DNA from: Thermodesulfobacteriota bacterium
GTDB lineage: Bacteria > Desulfobacterota > Desulfobacteria > Desulfobacterales > C00003060
Direction: 5' to 3'
Length of the DNA: 64,000 nucleotides
Assembly (NCBI GenBank): GCA_034189385.1
Contig: JAXHVD010000011.1
Location: 32,001-96,000, forward strand
In this document: in pieces, positions 50,753-61,685 of the stretch
How positions within the stretch are numbered: position 1 is the stretch's first letter
Layout: each line of letters begins with the position of its first letter
Made by a program: the position numbers and the translations under genes
Notes under the pieces: generated by a model
Told to the model about the DNA's origin: nothing
Database searches by the model: none
The model's input: only the letters and a program-made list of their open reading frames with translations

Positions 50753-52255
50753 ATGAATAGGACATCTAGTTTGGGTAAAACAAATATAGCAGGAAGACGG
50801 CTTCTGAGAGGATTGGCATTGCTTCTCATTTCATCTGGATTGCTCTTGCCGGTATGTTATGCCGGGGCGGGTTTTCCCCAAGTCGTATTCATTCTTGACG
50901 GCTCAGGCAGCATGTGGGGAGACGCAGGGGGGCAGACAAAGATCGAGGCTGCCAAGGAGGTAATGGCCGAAGTGGTTCCAGGCCTGCCGCCAGAAGTAAA
51001 GGTCGGGCTTGCGGCCTATGGACACAGGCGAAAAGGAGATTGCGCTGACATGGAGATACTGATCCCGCCGGGGAGTGCGGACAGAGAGGGGCTCCTTTCC
51101 AAGGTGAAGGGTCTGTCGCCCAAGGGAAAGACACCCATTGCCGATTCCATCACCATGGTAGCGAACTCGTTGAAAGAGATGGAAGATGAAACCACTATAG
51201 TACTGGTGAGCGATGGAGAGGAGACCTGCCACACCGATCCCTGCGGTGCCGTCAAGAGCCTGAAGACTTCTGGCATCAAATTCATCCTTCACGTGGTGGG
51301 CTTTGGAGTAGATGCCAAAGAGAAGGAACAGCTCACCTGTCTGGCTGAAGCAGGAGGGGGCCAGTATTTTGGCGCCAGTAATGCAGCGTTGCTCCTTTCT
51401 GCCCTGGAGACCGTAAGGGAAGACATTGTGCAAAAGGTGGAAAAGGCCAAGACTACCACTAAAAAGGCGGCCACCAAGCTGGGGAAACTCCGGATCACCA
51501 TGCCACAGGCCTCCACCGTGAGTCTGAACACGTTTAAGATACTACGGGTGTCTGATGGCAAACTCATCAAGACCATTCAAGACCCGGGAGCCGATGCCAC
51601 ACATGCGCTGCTTTCCGGGAGCTACGAGGTTCTGGCCGGTTTTGCCAATTCCAACTACCAACCCGATTCAGAGGTGTCCTTTGGCATCTGGGAACTACAG
51701 GGCGGAGAGACGACAGACATGCCACTGGGGGCCATGGCCATCAATATTGCCGATTCCTTAAAAGGGATACCCGCAGGAGCGGTGATCATCACTAAGGCTG
51801 GAGACGACACGTTTTCTCTGGTCACCCCATACACCGGCAATGACTACTACCTTTACAAGACCAAACCGCTTCCATCAGGGACGTATCATTTGGCTGTCCA
51901 TTACAAGAGGATGTACCTCTATCAAACGGGTGAGACGCCCGTCATCCTTGCCTCCAATGTCCAAGTAACTGAAAGACAAGAGGGCGTCGTGACCATAGAC
52001 TCCGGCATCGTCCTCAAAAAGGCCCAAGATTCAACGGCCACGGCCTGGGAGTTGAGAACGGCAGATAAAGGCGAGGCCATCATGCGCATCGAAAGAGCTT
52101 CCAATGGGGATCATCCATTATGGGCCCCCTATGCTGTCCAGCCCGGCACCTATGATCTCTTGGTGTTCCTTGCAGGGATGACGGAGCCCCTTCCTGTGGG
52201 AGAAGGCTTGCGCATCAGCAAGGGCGGCCTCCTGGAGTTTGACACAGGGCTTTAG
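50753..52255 (+). CDS. Secreted VWA-domain protein
   Basis: Signal peptide; MIDAS motif DGSGS...T(PI)...SDG; GHRRKGDCAD; beta-rich C-terminal repeats. Confidence 0.88.
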   Translation: MNRTSSLGKTNIAGRRLLRGLALLLISSGLLLPVCYAGAGFPQVVFILDGSGSMWGDAGGQTKIEAAKEVMAEVVPGLPPEVKVGLAAYGHRRKGDCADMEILIPPGSADREGLLSKVKGLSPKGKTPIADSITMVANSLKEMEDETTIVLVSDGEETCHTDPCGAVKSLKTSGIKFILHVVGFGVDAKEKEQLTCLAEAGGGQYFGASNAALLLSALETVREDIVQKVEKAKTTTKKAATKLGKLRITMPQASTVSLNTFKILRVSDGKLIKTIQDPGADATHALLSGSYEVLAGFANSNYQPDSEVSFGIWELQGGETTDMPLGAMAINIADSLKGIPAGAVIITKAGDDTFSLVTPYTGNDYYLYKTKPLPSGTYHLAVHYKRMYLYQTGETPVILASNVQVTERQEGVVTIDSGIVLKKAQDSTATAWELRTADKGEAIMRIERASNGDHPLWAPYAVQPGTYDLLVFLAGMTEPLPVGEGLRISKGGLLEFDTGL

Positions 52256-52307
52256 TATCTGAGCCGTTGTGGAAATGTCTCCAGAATGGCTCCGGAGCTG
52301 GTCGACT

Positions 52308-53201
52308 ATGAAAGGGTCCGATAGCATCCCTCGGTTTTCTTTGATTGTTCCTGCATACAATGAGGAGGCCTATCTGCCTGCTCTCCTGAAGAGCGTGCAC
52401 AAGGCACGTACGTCCTATGTGGGTGGGGCAGATGCCATCGAGGTTCTCGTCGTGGATAACGCATCCACGGATGCAACGGCAGACCTGGCCAGAAGACAGG
52501 GTTGCCGCGTGGTGCGAGAAGAAAAGCGCGTCATTGCTGCAGTTCGCAATGCCGGTGCCCGGGAGGCCTGGGGACAGATCTTCGTGTTCGTCGATGCAGA
52601 CAGCGTTATCCACCCTGATACCTTCAATGCCATTGACAAGAGCCTTTCCACCGGCAAGGTGATAGCCGGCACATCGGGCGTGAAGATGCAGAGGATGTCT
52701 CTCGGCATTGCCGTGACCTATCTGCTGATGGTCCCCTTGGTGTGGCTTACGGGGATGGACACGGGCGTGGTCTTTTGCCGCCGGGAGGACTTCAGGATCA
52801 TCGGAGGTTACAACGAGGGGCGTCTTTATGCTGAAGACGTTCAGCTTCTGTGGGATCTCATGTTATTGGGTCGCAAACGCCAACAGAAACTTGCCCGCAC
52901 CACATCAGTGAAGGCCATTTTCTCAACCCGCAAGTTTGACGACCATGGTGACTGGCACTATTGGTGGCTAATGGCCCGTTTCCTCTGGGGACTGGTATTT
53001 TCACCACGCTCTATGGGTGACTTTGCCCTGACCTACTGGTACAGTGATGAACGCACCAAACCAAAGGAGGAAAACAAGACCAGGGCTTTGTATACTCCTG
53101 ACACTGAAGATTGGCAAGGGCGCAGACAGAATGCGGGGAGCATACCATCAGAGAGAAATGGCAGAAGAAGCCCGTTCAAAGATAAGTGTTTTTGGCAATA
53201 G
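52308..53201 (+). CDS. Glycosyltransferase family 2
   Basis: SLIVPAYNEE, VDNASTD, FVDAD, GGYNE...EDV; start uncertain (52269-52308). Confidence 0.88.
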   Translation: MKGSDSIPRFSLIVPAYNEEAYLPALLKSVHKARTSYVGGADAIEVLVVDNASTDATADLARRQGCRVVREEKRVIAAVRNAGAREAWGQIFVFVDADSVIHPDTFNAIDKSLSTGKVIAGTSGVKMQRMSLGIAVTYLLMVPLVWLTGMDTGVVFCRREDFRIIGGYNEGRLYAEDVQLLWDLMLLGRKRQQKLARTTSVKAIFSTRKFDDHGDWHYWWLMARFLWGLVFSPRSMGDFALTYWYSDERTKPKEENKTRALYTPDTEDWQGRRQNAGSIPSERNGRRSPFKDKCFWQ

Positions 53202-53222
53202 ATACTCTTGGGTAGTATTTTC

Positions 53223-54083
53223 ATGGATCTCGCGCAGGCAGCCTTAGTCCTTGAAGGCGGGGGTTTTAGGGGGGTGTACACTTCCGGCGTCCTCGCCTTC
53301 TTCATGGATAAGAATCTTCATTTTTTCTACGTCATTGGCGTCTCCATGGGGGCCTGCAATGCCGCAAGCTATATCTCCCGGCAACGGGAAAGAAACAGAA
53401 TCGTCAATATCCGATATGTCAATGATGCTCGCTACATGAGCTATCTTCGGCTTCTCACCAAAGGCGAACTGTTCGGCATGGATTTCATTTTCGACACCAT
53501 CCCCAACGCTCTTGTGCCATTCGACTTTAAGACTTTTATGAAAAGCGAGCAGAAATGCCTCACCACAGTGACCGACTGCAAAACAGGCGAGGCGGTCTAC
53601 TATGAAAAGGGAGAGCTCGGTGCAGATTATATGAAGATACTCCGGGCATCGAGCAGCTTGCCGTATATTGCTAAACCTGTCCATTACAAAGGGCGGGTTC
53701 TAATGGATGGCGGGCTGTCTGATTCCATTCCCATTGAAAAGAGCATCCATGACGGAAACACGAAAAACGTTCTTGTCCTGACCCGTCCCAAGGGCTACCG
53801 TAAGAAACGTTCCCCTCTCGTGGTATTGGCTCACTTACGGTATCCCAGATACAAGGGCTTGTGTAGATCTCTCAGCGATCGGCACCTTCGGTACAATGCT
53901 ACCATGGAATACATAGACCGGCTAGAAGAGGAGGATCGCGTATTCGTCATCCGGCCTCAGTTCCCTCTAAATCCTGGAAGAATCGAACGAAATAAGGACA
54001 AACTATATGGGGTCTATGACCAGGGCTATGCCGATGCTCGGGCATCTTACAAAACCCTTTGTTCCTATTTGATGGGCTCGTAA
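53223..54083 (+). CDS. Patatin-like phospholipase
   Basis: LEGGGFRG, GVSMG, DGG motifs. Confidence 0.92.
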   Translation: MDLAQAALVLEGGGFRGVYTSGVLAFFMDKNLHFFYVIGVSMGACNAASYISRQRERNRIVNIRYVNDARYMSYLRLLTKGELFGMDFIFDTIPNALVPFDFKTFMKSEQKCLTTVTDCKTGEAVYYEKGELGADYMKILRASSSLPYIAKPVHYKGRVLMDGGLSDSIPIEKSIHDGNTKNVLVLTRPKGYRKKRSPLVVLAHLRYPRYKGLCRSLSDRHLRYNATMEYIDRLEEEDRVFVIRPQFPLNPGRIERNKDKLYGVYDQGYADARASYKTLCSYLMGS

Positions 54084-54106
54084 AAAATGCCTTTTGTGAG
54101 ACCGTC
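54071..54106. repeat. Imperfect inverted repeat (possible collapsed MITE) carrying the patatin stop codon
   Basis: GATGGGCTCGTAAAA-AATGCC-TTTTGTGAGACCGTC. Confidence 0.45.
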
Positions 54107-54214
54107 CTATATGGCTTCCAGTCAGTGCCTGCAAGATGCACCTCTGAAGTATTCGGCAAAGAGGCAAAGGCTCGGCCCTCAGTCAGAAGCGCCTGGAGTA
54201 ACGGGAGGGTATCT

Positions 54215-55207
54215 GTGGACCTTTTAAGAAAGCTGCAAAGATGGTGGATGCTGGCAGTCCTTTTAGCCGTTTGTGGATGCGCCCATCACGCCAAGGTTTT
54301 ACCGGAAAAGATTCGCACCGTTTATGCAGTTGAGAACAAAACCGATGATCCTTCGACCTTTCTTGCCCCCCTTTTTCTCACCTACGAACATGAGAATCCG
54401 TACAACCGTATCGGCAGGCCCTCGGCTATTGGTGGTGAAGAGGGGCAAAAGGGCATCTTTGTAGATACTGACAAGCCTGCCGTTTACTACATGGTACGCA
54501 GGTTCACAACGGACAGGGGCGAATACACCAACTACATCTACAGGGTCCACTTTCCTAAAGTCCCCTTCAGTATGATCCCCTTCAATCTCACTGCCGGAAA
54601 AAATGTAGGGCTCATGATTGTTCTCACGGTAGACTCTGAGAATCGGCCCCTTTTGATCACCACCGTTCACACCTGTGGTTGCTATCGCGCAACCTTGCCC
54701 ACCTCCTATCTTCCCGCTGACGCCCTTCCAGAAGACTGGGAGGACGGCCCTTTGGACGTCTTTGGTGAAAAGCTTCCCTGGAGCCTCGATTATGCTGAGA
54801 TGGAGAGTCCCAGGCTTCTTGTTCATCTCCGTCCGGGGGTGCACAGGGTGATGAACCTTGAGGTCATGGAGGAAAAGGCGTTGAACAGCAACAGCGGTTT
54901 TCACCTAATTGAAACGCCCTTGCTCCCTATGGATGAACTGGAAAGCATCCCTTTGAACGGAGACACCACAAGCTTTTATCATGATAAGGGGTGGCTAAAA
55001 GGGCATGTGAAAGGCTCCGTGAAGTTGTTGGAATCAATCTTTTTGAGTCTTATCAGTTTTGATTTGTTTGTGGGAACAGACAAGGCTTACGGGGACCCAG
55101 ACGTGACGGGCAATCCTTTCTACACCAGCCTGAAGCCGTGGAATAGGAACGCCTCTGATATGTGGGATTTTGCGAGGTTCCTTCAATTCTGGGGCTGGAA
55201 ATTATAG
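54215..55207 (+). CDS. Hypothetical lipoprotein
   Basis: GTG start after GGAGGG; lipobox VCGC; internal HTCGCY motif; ends FWGWKL. Confidence 0.75.
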   Translation: MDLLRKLQRWWMLAVLLAVCGCAHHAKVLPEKIRTVYAVENKTDDPSTFLAPLFLTYEHENPYNRIGRPSAIGGEEGQKGIFVDTDKPAVYYMVRRFTTDRGEYTNYIYRVHFPKVPFSMIPFNLTAGKNVGLMIVLTVDSENRPLLITTVHTCGCYRATLPTSYLPADALPEDWEDGPLDVFGEKLPWSLDYAEMESPRLLVHLRPGVHRVMNLEVMEEKALNSNSGFHLIETPLLPMDELESIPLNGDTTSFYHDKGWLKGHVKGSVKLLESIFLSLISFDLFVGTDKAYGDPDVTGNPFYTSLKPWNRNASDMWDFARFLQFWGWKL

Positions 55208-55316
55208 GAGGGCTCCGTTGCTCGTGTCGCATGGCTAAGCCCATGGAGTCCTTTTTCGTCCCGTCAAACGTAGACCGATATACGGTGTCAGTGGCTCGGT
55301 GGGGCCGCCAAAGATG

Positions 55317-55787
55317 TCACTCCACTACCCACACCGTGCAATTGCGGGCATGGGTGACGATCTTGCTGGAGACACTTCCGAAGAGAAACTCTTCACTCCG
55401 TGAAAGTCCCTGTCTTCCGACAACAATGGTGTCATATTTAATTTCGTCCCGTTCAGAAAGGATGCACTCCGCCATAGAAGGGCAGTAACGGAGAGGAGAG
55501 CGGACGGACACGTCCTTTGGGTCAAAACCGGCCTGGATGAGGATGTCTCGGCAATCGTCCAACAAGGCGTTGATCTTTTCTTTGTATTGCCGGAGCCATT
55601 CGTCTTTTTCTGCCGTGTTTGGGAAATAGTCTTCATCTGCTTCCTGGAGGACGTGTAGAATGGTAACCCTAAACCCCTTGACGCCTCCAAGAAGCTGGCC
55701 CACATAATCGACAGCCCGTCTGGCATTGTCAGAGTCGTCAACAGCCACAAGGATGTTTTTGTTAAATACCCTTCTTTGTGAAGTCAT
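55317..55787 (-). CDS. Universal stress protein (UspA family)
   Basis: ILVAVDDS, IVVGRQGLS...FGSVSSKIV; RBS GAGGGGGAG. Confidence 0.92.
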   Translation of the reverse strand: MTSQRRVFNKNILVAVDDSDNARRAVDYVGQLLGGVKGFRVTILHVLQEADEDYFPNTAEKDEWLRQYKEKINALLDDCRDILIQAGFDPKDVSVRSPLRYCPSMAECILSERDEIKYDTIVVGRQGLSRSEEFLFGSVSSKIVTHARNCTVWVVE

Positions 55788-55869
55788 GGTCTCCCCCTCT
55801 TGCTTCCGGACTGGATGCCCCATTAGCTCCGGCGTGCATGTGATACCTCAACCCTTCTCGCCGGGCAGT

Positions 55870-56847
55870 TCATGATTGCGCCTCCCTGAAGGCCCCCAGG
55901 TCTTCTAGAAGCTCTCCAGTGGTTTCATAGAATCGGTTGGCACCTCTTGAAAAATGCAAAAAGACACGGTTTAGGGCCTCTGGTATGTAAGGATAAACCT
56001 TTTTCAAATTCACGACGCGATTTCGAAATACAATGTTGAGGTCTGCCTCCCTGAGCGTACCCAGGGCCCGGTGATCCTGTTGCTTCAAATCTTGTAGGAG
56101 CACATCTCCCATGCCTGCCAAAAAGGCCAAGACATTACCCAGCCCAAAGAGGTCGTAACCGTAGATATTTTCCCTGTGACGATAATTGAAGTCAAAATCG
56201 ATCCACCGGAAATCTCCTGTCTCTCGGTCCACCAGGATGTGGTCTCTCCTGATGTCTCCGTGTTTTTCGCCGTGATGGTGAAGGAACTGGACGGCCTGAA
56301 TGCATTCTATGAACCGATCCAAGATGCCTGGGAATGTGTTGAAGTAATAGTCCTCATGATCCCCTTGTCGGTTCTGCAGGTACTTGTACAAAGAGGGCCC
56401 GTAGATGAAGTCCAGGACACGCACCACGTTTTCCTTGTCATCACACACTGAATACCCGTGCATGAAGTTCTTGTGGCCGGAGACCAGGTCCAGAATGCGG
56501 GCCTCTTTTCTGGGGCTTCGAAAGCACTCGAACTCATAACCGGCGACATGGGCCTTGAACCTTTCATGGAAGACAAGTTTGATAATCTTGTGACTTCCGT
56601 CCGAAAGGTCGATGGCCCGCTTCACCCAGTATTTGACTTCGTCATCTAGGCCGAACCGTCCCTCTTTGGCATTGTGCCGAATAAGATAGGCTCTTCCATC
56701 CAAATCCACGATATCACCATAATCCACGCCGAAAAAATCGGTGGTATCTCTATGAATCTTAAGACGTGAAGCGTCTTGGCCGGCAGGAAGCCAGCGGGAA
56801 GCCATTTCACAGAAGCCTTTTTCAGAGATGGGTGCTGCCATCGGCAT
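55870..56847 (-). CDS. Atypical Ser/Thr-kinase-like protein
   Basis: IIKLV (catalytic Lys), KEARIL, HGDIRRDH catalytic loop, WIDFD, YDLFGLG. Confidence 0.8.
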   Translation of the reverse strand: MPMAAPISEKGFCEMASRWLPAGQDASRLKIHRDTTDFFGVDYGDIVDLDGRAYLIRHNAKEGRFGLDDEVKYWVKRAIDLSDGSHKIIKLVFHERFKAHVAGYEFECFRSPRKEARILDLVSGHKNFMHGYSVCDDKENVVRVLDFIYGPSLYKYLQNRQGDHEDYYFNTFPGILDRFIECIQAVQFLHHHGEKHGDIRRDHILVDRETGDFRWIDFDFNYRHRENIYGYDLFGLGNVLAFLAGMGDVLLQDLKQQDHRALGTLREADLNIVFRNRVVNLKKVYPYIPEALNRVFLHFSRGANRFYETTGELLEDLGAFREAQS

Positions 56848-57445
56848 GCCTCATTGCATACTCAAAGGGGGATGTTAAAGGACGACGAGAACATAGCGTA
56901 AAGACCTGTAGGTGTCAATTTGGGCCCATTTTCACCTGATTGCAGATGAACCCCTTCTTGGACCGGGCAGTGTCTGTCCATCCATGCGTCTTCATACCGC
57001 AACCACTGACGCCAGTGGCCAATTCAGCCTCCCACAGGCGGATGCAAGAGGTCCAAAACGTGTCTTCTCAGTTTAGATTTTAAATGGCGATTCAACTGGT
57101 TAGGCGAAATGTGGCGGGTTGACTTGAATGGCTCCCTCTTTGCCTCGGCTCCCCACTTGGAACTCGAGACTTGCCCTTGTGCCGTCGTGAGTCCTCTGAG
57201 AGACTCCGTAGTTTCCGCATGATGAATAGGTAGTTTTTGCGTAAAAAAATGGTCACTTGAGGGGATTGATTCTCTGGCTCTGGTCTGATATCGGCCAATT
57301 GGGGGAAGCGCTACGGGGCAGCCTATTGGCCGGCTCACGGAACCCGGAAAATGGCTTGATGGTGACACTCTACCTTTTAAAGGAACTCCTGAGACACCAC
57401 ACTGGCGGCATAACATGAACTCAATTCTGAAAGAGGTGGCAAACA

Positions 57446-57733
57446 ATGGCACTGACAAAGAATGAGATCGTTGATTCCATGTACAGAAAACTCAACCTTC
57501 CGAAGAGGAAATGTGCGGACACCGTTACAGCCTTGTTGGAAATCATGAAGCGAACTCTCGTAAATGGTGAAGAGATCATGATCAGCAGGTTCGGGAAGTT
57601 CTCCGTGAGAAGTAAGAATGCACGGATAGGAAGAAATCCTCAAACCGGCCAAGGGCTGATGTTGAGACCAAGGAAAGTGGTGATCTTCAAGTCCTCCGAG
57701 GTGTTGAGAGATCGGGTGAATGGTAGGCGATAG
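57446..57733 (+). CDS. ihfA: Integration host factor alpha-like protein
   Basis: MALTK, ISRFGKF, RIGRNPQTG, RKVVIFK. Confidence 0.88.
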   Translation: MALTKNEIVDSMYRKLNLPKRKCADTVTALLEIMKRTLVNGEEIMISRFGKFSVRSKNARIGRNPQTGQGLMLRPRKVVIFKSSEVLRDRVNGRR

Positions 57734-58158
57734 ACTGGAGCTTGGCATCCTCGCCCGAGGAGCCTGACCTCAACCCATGGGCCCAGGAACCGGATGCAAG
57801 CTGTCATATTCGTCACAAAGCCCCCATGAAGCCAGCTGGTTGGTAGCTTCTTGGCTCTTGGCAAGGATAGCTGCTGTCGTCGAGCAAGCTTTGGCCAGTT
57901 AGATTATCGTCTAATATCTTTGAATTTTGCCGGATCGTTTTCGCTGGGGTCTCCTCACTTTTCCAAGGAGATTAACATCTACAATATGTGGTGCTGCTTT
58001 TCCGTCTAAGAGGGTCCGCGCAAACCCTTTCTTGGTCTCTGTGCAGGTCGTTTTTTGATTTGTCCGGACCTGTGAGTTTGGTATCGGCCGGCCTGTTACG
58101 ATTCCTTTGGTACATACGGCATGAGATCTCCGAGCCTGTCTGTCCCTCTTAAGCAACC

Positions 58159-58306
58159 GTCAAAATATTGACAAATTAGAAGCAGTAGATCTCGTTGCCA
58201 TGCAATTTCGCGCTGAGCCCCTAGAATAAAGAACGTCCAACTATTTGCAATTAGGCGACATTGGTAGGCAACATTCGTGTCCGATTGCGTTGGCATGTGT
58301 CGTGCA
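58159..58306 (+). promoter_or_regulatory. Candidate sigma54 promoter with upstream palindrome
   Basis: TGGCATGTGTCGTGCA (58291-58306) has exact -24 GG / -12 GC spacing; GTCAA-AATA-TTGAC dyad at 58159-58172. Confidence 0.55.
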
Positions 58307-58343
58307 GGAGGTAGTGATGGTTTATCGTTTTCAAGGAGGCACA

Positions 58344-60746
58344 GTGAAGACCGCCAGCACGCAGAGAGAACAACCTGTTGTGCTAGTAGCAGATGACGAC
58401 ATGACTATTCGGCTTCTTGCCCGTGAGTCACTGGAACAGGTCGGCCTTACCGTGGAGGAAGCTGAAGATGGGGCGCAGGCCCTGTCTGCCTTTAAGCGTT
58501 TGCAGCCCGATATCGTATTGCTAGACGTTCTTATGCCCGAGGTGGACGGTTTTGGTGTGTGCGAAGCCATTCGAAAGTTGTCGGGTGGTGAGGCAACGCC
58601 GGTCCTGATGATCACAGGGGCTGATGACATTGAATCCATAAACCGGGCGTATGAGGCAGGGGCCACGGACTTTGCGCCCAAACCCATCAACTGGCTAATT
58701 CTGCAGCACCGTGTACGGTACATGTTACGAGCAATCCGAGATGCTAAAAAGCTCCGAGAAAGTGAGTCCCAACTTTCCCACGCCCACCATCTTGCTCATC
58801 TGGGCAATTGGCACTGGAACATAAAGACAAATGAGGTGACATGGTCCGACGAGCTCTATCGAATACTTGGCCTAACACCGAAGGCCTTTAGCCTTTCGCC
58901 GGATGCTTTCCTGAGTCTAGTTCATCCTGAAGAGATTCCATTTGTGAAACGATCGCTTCATGAAGCTCTCTACGAGCAGAAGCCTTACAAGATCGATCAT
59001 CGCATCGTTCTTCCTGATGGGTCGGCTCGGTTTGTTCACCAAGAGGGGGAGGTGACGTGGGATGAAGCTGGCCAGCCCACGTGGATGGCTGGCACAGTCC
59101 AAGACATTACTGAGCGGAAAGAGACCGAACAGGCCTTAGAGAAGGCAAAAGAAGTAGCGGAGGCGGCCAGCCAGGCGAAAAGCGAATTTCTGGCGAACAT
59201 GTCCCACGAGATTCGCACGCCCATGAATGCCGTCATCGGGATGACGGAACTGCTTCTTGACACGGCGTTGAGCCCTGAACAGCAGGAGTATGCCGAGACA
59301 GTGAGTACCAGTGCCGAGTCTCTGCTGGGGGTCATCAATGATATCTTAGATTTTGCCAAGATCGAGGCGCATCACTTAGCCGTGGAGAAGATTGACTTTC
59401 ACCTTAGAATGAGCATTGAAGGCGTGGCTGATATGCTGGCCCCCACGGCCTACAAGAAGGACCTGGAGTTTGCGTGCATCATCGGGGCCGAGGTTCCCTC
59501 GTTGGTTCGGGGCGACCCTGGGCGACTGCGGCAGATATTGGTTAACCTGGTGGGCAATGCTGTGAAGTTTACTAAAAAAGGCGAGGTTGTTGTACGTGTC
59601 TCCTTGGATAAAGAAACGGACACACACGCCACGGTTCGGTTCGCGGTGACAGACACGGGTATTGGCATTCCCTCTGATCGTATGAATCGACTGTTCAAGC
59701 CCTTTTCCCAGGCCGATACCTCCGCGACAAGGAAATATGGTGGCACTGGTCTGGGACTCATTATCTCCAGGCACCTCGCGGAGATGATGGGTGGACACAT
59801 CGGCGTTGAAACCAAGGAGGACGAGGGTTCCACGTTCTGGTTCACAGCTGTATTCCAAAAACAGCCAGAAGTAAAAGAGGCTCCAGCAGTGCTCCCCGCA
59901 GACATCCGGGGAAAAAAGATTCTCTTGGTGGACGACAACACAGTCAACCGCGAACTCTTCCGCGCCTATCTGACGTCCTGGGACTGCCAGTGCCGAGCAG
60001 CTTCGAGCGGACAGGACGGATTGTCTCTGCTACGTGAGGCTGTGGAAGCCGGAGATCCTTTTCACCTGGCCATTCTTGACCACGTGATGCCAGAGATGGA
60101 CGGGGAAGCTCTGGGAAGAGCGATCAAGGCTGATCAAGGGCTCAAAGACACGGCCTTGGTCATGGTCACCTCTTGGGGCCAGCGCGGTGATGCGGCCCGC
60201 ATGAAGGAAATTGGTTTCAGTGCCTATCTGACAAAGCCCATCAAGCAGTCCCAACTCTTCGATTGTCTGGTGACGGTCCTTGGCAGGCCTTCCCGCGGCA
60301 CCGAAAAGGGCGAAAAGCCGGCACTGGTCACTCGCCACACCTTGGCCGAGGCCAAACAAAGGGCCCGCATCCTTCTGGTGGAAGACAATGTTCTGAATCA
60401 GAAACTCGCCCTGCGCCTCCTTGAGAAATCGGGCTACCGGGCCGATGCGGTGTTGAACGGCAAGGAGGCGGTTACGGCCCTTGAAAAGGACGCCTATAAC
60501 CTTGTGCTCATGGATGTGCAGATGCCTGAAATGGACGGTTATGAAGCCACCGGGGTGATCCGTGATCCTGAGTCGAAGGTTCGAAACCATGATGTTCCCA
60601 TCATCGCTATGACAGCCCATGCCATGAAGGGGGACCGAGAACGCTGCCTTGAGGCCGGGATGAATGATTACATTTCCAAGCCCATCCAGGTCCAAAATCT
60701 CGGTGAGGTCATCGAGCGGTTTTTGCGGAACCCCAGTGGGGACTGA
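58344..60746 (+). CDS. Soluble hybrid histidine kinase REC-PAS-HisKA-HATPase-REC-REC
   Basis: LLDVLMP; PAS-like (W.WNI...WSDE...I.G); [38 protein letters not shown] start after AAGGAGG (alternative ATG 58317). Confidence 0.93.
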   Translation: MKTASTQREQPVVLVADDDMTIRLLARESLEQVGLTVEEAEDGAQALSAFKRLQPDIVLLDVLMPEVDGFGVCEAIRKLSGGEATPVLMITGADDIESINRAYEAGATDFAPKPINWLILQHRVRYMLRAIRDAKKLRESESQLSHAHHLAHLGNWHWNIKTNEVTWSDELYRILGLTPKAFSLSPDAFLSLVHPEEIPFVKRSLHEALYEQKPYKIDHRIVLPDGSARFVHQEGEVTWDEAGQPTWMAGTVQDITERKETEQALEKAKEVAEAASQAKSEFLANMSHEIRTPMNAVIGMTELLLDTALSPEQQEYAETVSTSAESLLGVINDILDFAKIEAHHLAVEKIDFHLRMSIEGVADMLAPTAYKKDLEFACIIGAEVPSLVRGDPGRLRQILVNLVGNAVKFTKKGEVVVRVSLDKETDTHATVRFAVTDTGIGIPSDRMNRLFKPFSQADTSATRKYGGTGLGLIISRHLAEMMGGHIGVETKEDEGSTFWFTAVFQKQPEVKEAPAVLPADIRGKKILLVDDNTVNRELFRAYLTSWDCQCRAASSGQDGLSLLREAVEAGDPFHLAILDHVMPEMDGEALGRAIKADQGLKDTALVMVTSWGQRGDAARMKEIGFSAYLTKPIKQSQLFDCLVTVLGRPSRGTEKGEKPALVTRHTLAEAKQRARILLVEDNVLNQKLALRLLEKSGYRADAVLNGKEAVTALEKDAYNLVLMDVQMPEMDGYEATGVIRDPESKVRNHDVPIIAMTAHAMKGDRERCLEAGMNDYISKPIQVQNLGEVIERFLRNPSGD

Positions 60747-60812
60747 ACTACCGATTAGATTAATTTGCCTAGTTTTAGACACCGACACGGTTCATTTGTA
60801 GGATGATGAAAC

Positions 60813-61685
60813 ATGCTTGCTCCCATTGAGATTGACACAAGAACTTTTCTTCGTGAGCACTTCGCCCTGCCCGCTCTGCCAGAGGTTGTCACCAAGATTC
60901 AGGCCCTGATCCAGGACGACAAGGCTGACACGAAAACGCTCGCCGAGCTTATCAGTGGTGATTCAGCCATCTTGGGACAGGTCCTCAAGATCGTCAATTC
61001 TGCTTACTACGGGCTTCCAAAAGAAGTCACCAATGTGCAGTTTGCTGTCGCCTATCTGGGGCTCAATGAAATCTATCGTGTTGTCCTGTGCGTGTCTGTG
61101 ATCAACGCCCTGGCCATTGACAAAAAGGACGAACTCAATGAGTTATGGTTTCACTCCTTTTATGCAGCCCTTTGCACCAAATACCTGGCCAAGAGGTTCG
61201 AACCCCACCTGTCCCTCGAAGAATTGTGGTCCGCAGCCATGCTCCATGACATTGGAAAATTGGTCTATATGAAATTCTTTCCTGACCATTACGCAGCACT
61301 TAAAGCATTTTCCAAAGAACAAGGTTGCCTGTTTAGCGAAGCAGAGAAGCATTTTTCGCTGCCTTCGAGTGCTTTTTTCGGGACCCTGCTTTGTGACCAC
61401 TGGAGACTTCCTGATGAAATTAGACGGGCCTGTGAATGCCATACGTTAGAAGATATTGCAGCCATGAGGGCCGACAGCTCACCAAGACCGTTTCAACGGA
61501 TGATCTGCCTGGGCAATCTGTTGACGGTCCTATCCACAAATGACCTCAGCAATAACAAGAAACAGGCGATAGCCGATGCAAGCAGGTCTGCCTTGAACCA
61601 AACCGAAAAGGAATTCTTGGTGATGATGGGCGACATCTACGACCTCCGGGCAGACGTCGAACAATTTCTGGAGAAGCTCGGCTAG
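60813..61685 (+). CDS. HDOD domain protein
   Basis: LPALP, LKIVNSAYYG, WFHS, MLHDIGK, HWRLP. Confidence 0.92.
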   Translation: MLAPIEIDTRTFLREHFALPALPEVVTKIQALIQDDKADTKTLAELISGDSAILGQVLKIVNSAYYGLPKEVTNVQFAVAYLGLNEIYRVVLCVSVINALAIDKKDELNELWFHSFYAALCTKYLAKRFEPHLSLEELWSAAMLHDIGKLVYMKFFPDHYAALKAFSKEQGCLFSEAEKHFSLPSSAFFGTLLCDHWRLPDEIRRACECHTLEDIAAMRADSSPRPFQRMICLGNLLTVLSTNDLSNNKKQAIADASRSALNQTEKEFLVMMGDIYDLRADVEQFLEKLG

